Source: Eledone cirrhosa
Taxonomy: Eukaryota
NCBI GenBank assembly: GCA_964016885.1
Contig: OZ024751.1
Location: 5,518,001 to 5,582,000, forward strand
Reading direction: 5' to 3'
Length of the DNA stretch: 64,000 bases
This document shows positions 60,245 through 64,000 of the stretch, one piece after another (the stretch's first letter is position 1; the number at the start of each line of letters is the position of its first letter). The notes under the pieces are model-generated. The model ran no database searches and was not told the DNA's origin. It worked only from the letters and a program-made list of their open reading frames with translations. A program made the translations under genes and the position numbers.

Positions 60245-61620
60245 CACTACCACCACCATCACCACTTCCACAACTATCGTCATGTCCACAAAAACCACTA
60301 CCAATATAACAAGTACCCACCACCACCATCCCGACCACCACCACCACCACCACACCACCACCATCACCACCAACAACACCACCAACCGCATCTGAAACAC
60401 CACCAGCACCACCCCTACCACCACCACCACCACCACCGCCACCACCAACAACAACAACAAAAACACCAACGCCACCTCCGCCACCGCCACCACCACCACC
60501 ACCACCACCACCACCACCACCGCCACCACCACAACCCCTACCACCACCTAACTACCACATAGATCTGTTAGTTACTTTCACGTCCATCGCCATCAAGTAG
60601 GTTTTCAACAAAAACATCATAAACACCAACGCCACCGCCGCCGCCACCACCACCTACACCACCACCACCACCACCACCATCAACACCACTTCACCACCAC
60701 TTCACTACCACCACCACCACCACCACCACATTGATCTGTTAGTTACTTTCACGGCCATCGCCATCAAGTAGGTTTTCAACAACATCATAAACACCAACGC
60801 CACCACCGCCGCCACCACCACCATCAACACCACCACCACCACTACAACCCCTACCACCACCACCACCATCCATCACCACCACCACCACCTCCACCACCAT
60901 CACCACCATCCAACACCACCATCCACCACCACCACCACCACCACCACCACCACCATCCACCACCACCACCATCCACCACCACCACCACCACCACCACCAT
61001 CCACCACCACCACCACCACCACCACCACCACCACCACCACATTGATCTGTTAGCTACTTTCACGGCCATCGCCATCAAGTAGGTTTTCATTCATCATTAC
61101 TTTATCGTGTTCGTCGTCAGTCCTGTCATTATGGTCGTTGTCAGTGGCGACAGCGTTGTCTTGTCGACGTCATCATCATCTCTATCAGCATCATTACCAC
61201 TACTATTATCATCATCATCATCACCATCATCACCATCATCAACATCAACATCATCACCAACATCATCATCCTCCTCATCATCAAACTTATAATCATCATA
61301 ATCATCATAATCATCGTTATTATTACGATCATCACCATCATCAACATCAACACCATTAAATTCACCATCATCATCATCACCAACATCAGCATCATGATCA
61401 TCATTAAATTCATCATCATCATAATCATCATTATAACTATAGTCATCATCATCACCATTAAATTCATTATCATCATCAACATCATCATCATCATACTCCT
61501 GATCATCATCATCATCACCAACATTAAATTCATCATCATCATCATCATCCTGATCATCATCATCATCATCAACATCATCATCATCACCAACATTAAATTC
61601 ATCATCATCATAATCATGAT
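60245..61620. repeat. (CCA)n then (CAT)n low complexity with three embedded copies of a ~50-bp unit
   Basis: GATCTGTTAG(T/C)TACTTTCACG(G/T)CCATCGCCATCAAGTAGGTTTTCA at ~60561, ~60733 and ~61044. Confidence 0.9.
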
Positions 61621-61621
61621 T

Positions 61622-61670
61622 ATAATTGTTTCTACTATTGGCACAAGGCCAGCAATTATCCCAGTACATT
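61622..61670 (-). mobile_element. 3' end of Deu/Nin-core SINE
   Basis: ATAATTGTTTCTACTATTGGCACAAGGCCAGCAATTATCCCAGTAC. Confidence 0.75.
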
Positions 61671-62065
61671 ATAATCAAGATGATGATCATCACCATCATA
61701 ACTATTCCATCCTGATGATACTCACCTTAAGCAATTAACTTAACCTCACCAATGGCACACACTAAACGTATGTAGATGTAGCTGTAAATAAAAGGTCCTG
61801 TCTGTTTCTCCATACTCCCAGGCGATTCTTGTTGATAATTGTATTAACTATGTCTGTGTGTATGGAAGACACAATAATTGACTGAGCAGATAGTCCACGT
61901 GATCAAACAACTGGATAATCCTCGTAGAATCAGTTGGAGATCCCTTTACATGTCGGTCGAATACACCAAGGTGATATGTGTGAGAATAGGGGGTGAGTAT
62001 GGTATTGTAAAGGTAGGGTGAGGGAGATAGTGAGATAGGTGTGAAGGAGAGATAGATAGATAGGT

Positions 62066-62125
<60 letters not shown>

Positions 62126-62269
62126 AGAGAGAAAGAGAGAGAGGAGCGAGTGAAAGAGATAGTAATAGAAAGAGCTAAGGTGAATATTGAGATGTAGAGA
62201 AAGAAAGAGCGATTGGAGGAGAAATAGAGATGAAAAGAGCTAGCAATTGATGTAGAGAGTGAGAAAGAA

Positions 62270-62705
62270 AGAGCTACTGAGCGAGATAGAGGGATAGAGA
62301 GCTAAGAAGAGCTACTGAGCGAGATAGAGGTATAGAGAGCTAAGAAGAGTTACTGAGCGAGATAGAGGGATAGAGAGCTAAGAAGAGCTACTGAGCAAGA
62401 TAGAGGGATAGAGAGCTAAGAAGAGTTACTGAGCGAGATAGAGGGATAGAGAGCTAAGAAGAGCTGATGAGCGAGATAGAGGTATAGAGAGCTAAGAAGA
62501 GCTACTGAGCAAGATAGAGGGATAGAGAGCTAAGAAGAGCTACTGAGCAAGATAGAGGGATAGAGAGCTAAGAAGAGTTACTGAGCGAGATAGAGGGATA
62601 GAGAGCTAAGAAGAGCTACTGAGCGAGATAGAATTATAGAGAGCTAAGAAGAGCTACTGAGCGAGATAGAATTATAGAGAGCTAAGAAGAGCTACTGAGC
62701 GAGAT
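62270..62705. repeat. 38-bp minisatellite GAGCTACTGAGCGAGATAGAGGGATAGAGAGCTAAGAA, about 11 copies, decaying to ~63100
   Basis: Direct reading. Confidence 0.93.
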
Positions 62706-63517
62706 AGTGAGTTAGGGAACTAGAAAGAGCTAGTGAGTAAGATAGAGAGATAGAGAGCTATAACAAGCTATTGAGCTAGAAAGAGAGTTATAGAGCTAGA
62801 TAGTGAGAGAGGGAGATGAAAGGAATTAGTGAATGAAATAGAGAGCTAGAAAGAGCCCCTGAGCGAGCTAGAGACCTAGAAAGAGCTATTGAGCGAGATA
62901 GAGAGCTAGAGAGATAGAGAGATAGAGAGCGAGCTAGAGAGCTAGAAAGAGTTAGTGAGAGAGATATAGTAGAGAGATAGAGAGATAGAGAGCTAGACCA
63001 GATATTGGGCGCGATAGAGAGCTAGAGAACAAGAGAGTTAGTAATAGCTAGTAAGATAGAGAGCTAGAAAGTGTTAGTGAGTGAGATAGTAAGATAAATA
63101 GATAGAAAGAGTCTGCTTTTATCACATCGGTGTAGACAATAATGAAGTACTGGTCACGTAATATGTTCGATTAATTCGGATGTATTTATTGTCGTATGTC
63201 ATCGTAAAAATAGACAAAAAAAAGGTAATGATGTCTCTATTTGCCACAAGGGCAATACAAATACAAATAGATAAAAACATTGAAATAAATTATGCAGCAT
63301 GAAACATTTAAAGGTGAACCTAAACCAAGAATATATAAAGGAGGACATAGAAAATATATAACACTTTATACTTCTCTCTCTCATTACTTCTGCACAGACA
63401 CACACACGCACACATATATATATGTATGTAGGAAAGTTTTCAAGCGTTAAGCATTGATGGGTTATCGGTTGGCAAATCTATGTACAGGAGAAATTCTCTT
63501 TGTACACCAATATTCAC

Positions 63518-63582
<65 letters not shown>

Positions 63583-64000
63583 GTGTGTATAAATGGCTGT
63601 TCTGGAAGCGTCTACAATGCAGATGGGTTAATCTTCGAGTAACACAGTCTGGTGGCAGTAGGAAGAAAGAAGAGAAATGTAGAATGAGATGTAAAAAGAG
63701 ACATAAAGGGGAATAGAAAGAAAACCAGAGCTGGAGTCTACCTTGGAAAAGATGCATTGGTCCCTATATTTCGGATTTCACATCCATCGTGGGGGTGGGG
63801 ATCTGAAGGGGCAGGGAATAATGTGTGGCTGTCTTTATCATGCCGTTTGCATACACTTAATTGATATAGTGCGTCAGAGACTATTTACTATAAGGCGCGC
63901 GAAGCTTATTGAATATAATGGTCCAGCTTCGGTCGTTTCCTCAATAATCAATTAAGTTCGCATTATTAAAATTCAAACCCAACCGCTTAGAGTGTACATA

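Noticed and set aside
61726-61781. Possible minus-strand micro-exon (TTTTATTTACAG ... GTGAGT)
   Set aside because: All three frames contain a stop over the 56 nt and there is no supporting neighbouring exon. Cannot be supported without RNA data.

Overview
AT-rich, microsatellite-dense eukaryotic non-coding DNA. I infer a cephalopod (Octopus-like) genome from the SINE family and the repeat landscape. No host protein-coding gene can be supported, and nearly all listed ORFs are translations of (TA)n/(CA)n/triplet repeats. The window is dominated by Penelope-like retroelements (PLEs) inserted in (TA)n tracts. There are five RT/GIY-YIG or GIY-YIG coding remnants, four of which retain a CxCx5Cx5C linker (Hydra-clade-like), and about 30 minimal hammerhead-ribozyme (HHR) motifs in their terminal repeats. 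The main structural observation is that most PLE insertions are asymmetric head-to-head palindromes. One arm carries a 3' tail, and the other stops at a fixed point immediately before a TA(T/A)CTC(C/T)...(G/A)AGTGC motif shared by otherwise dissimilar families. These palindromes nest inside each other (51.8-58.2 kb), and flanking DNA is repeatedly re-copied in inverted orientation across the TA tract. Also present are tRNA-derived Deu/Nin-domain SINEs, a decayed Tx1/L1-like LINE, RTE and CR1/L2-like fragments, a probable Helitron-derived element, a tiny Tc1/mariner-like MITE and several minisatellites. All alignments were done by eye, so boundaries are approximate.
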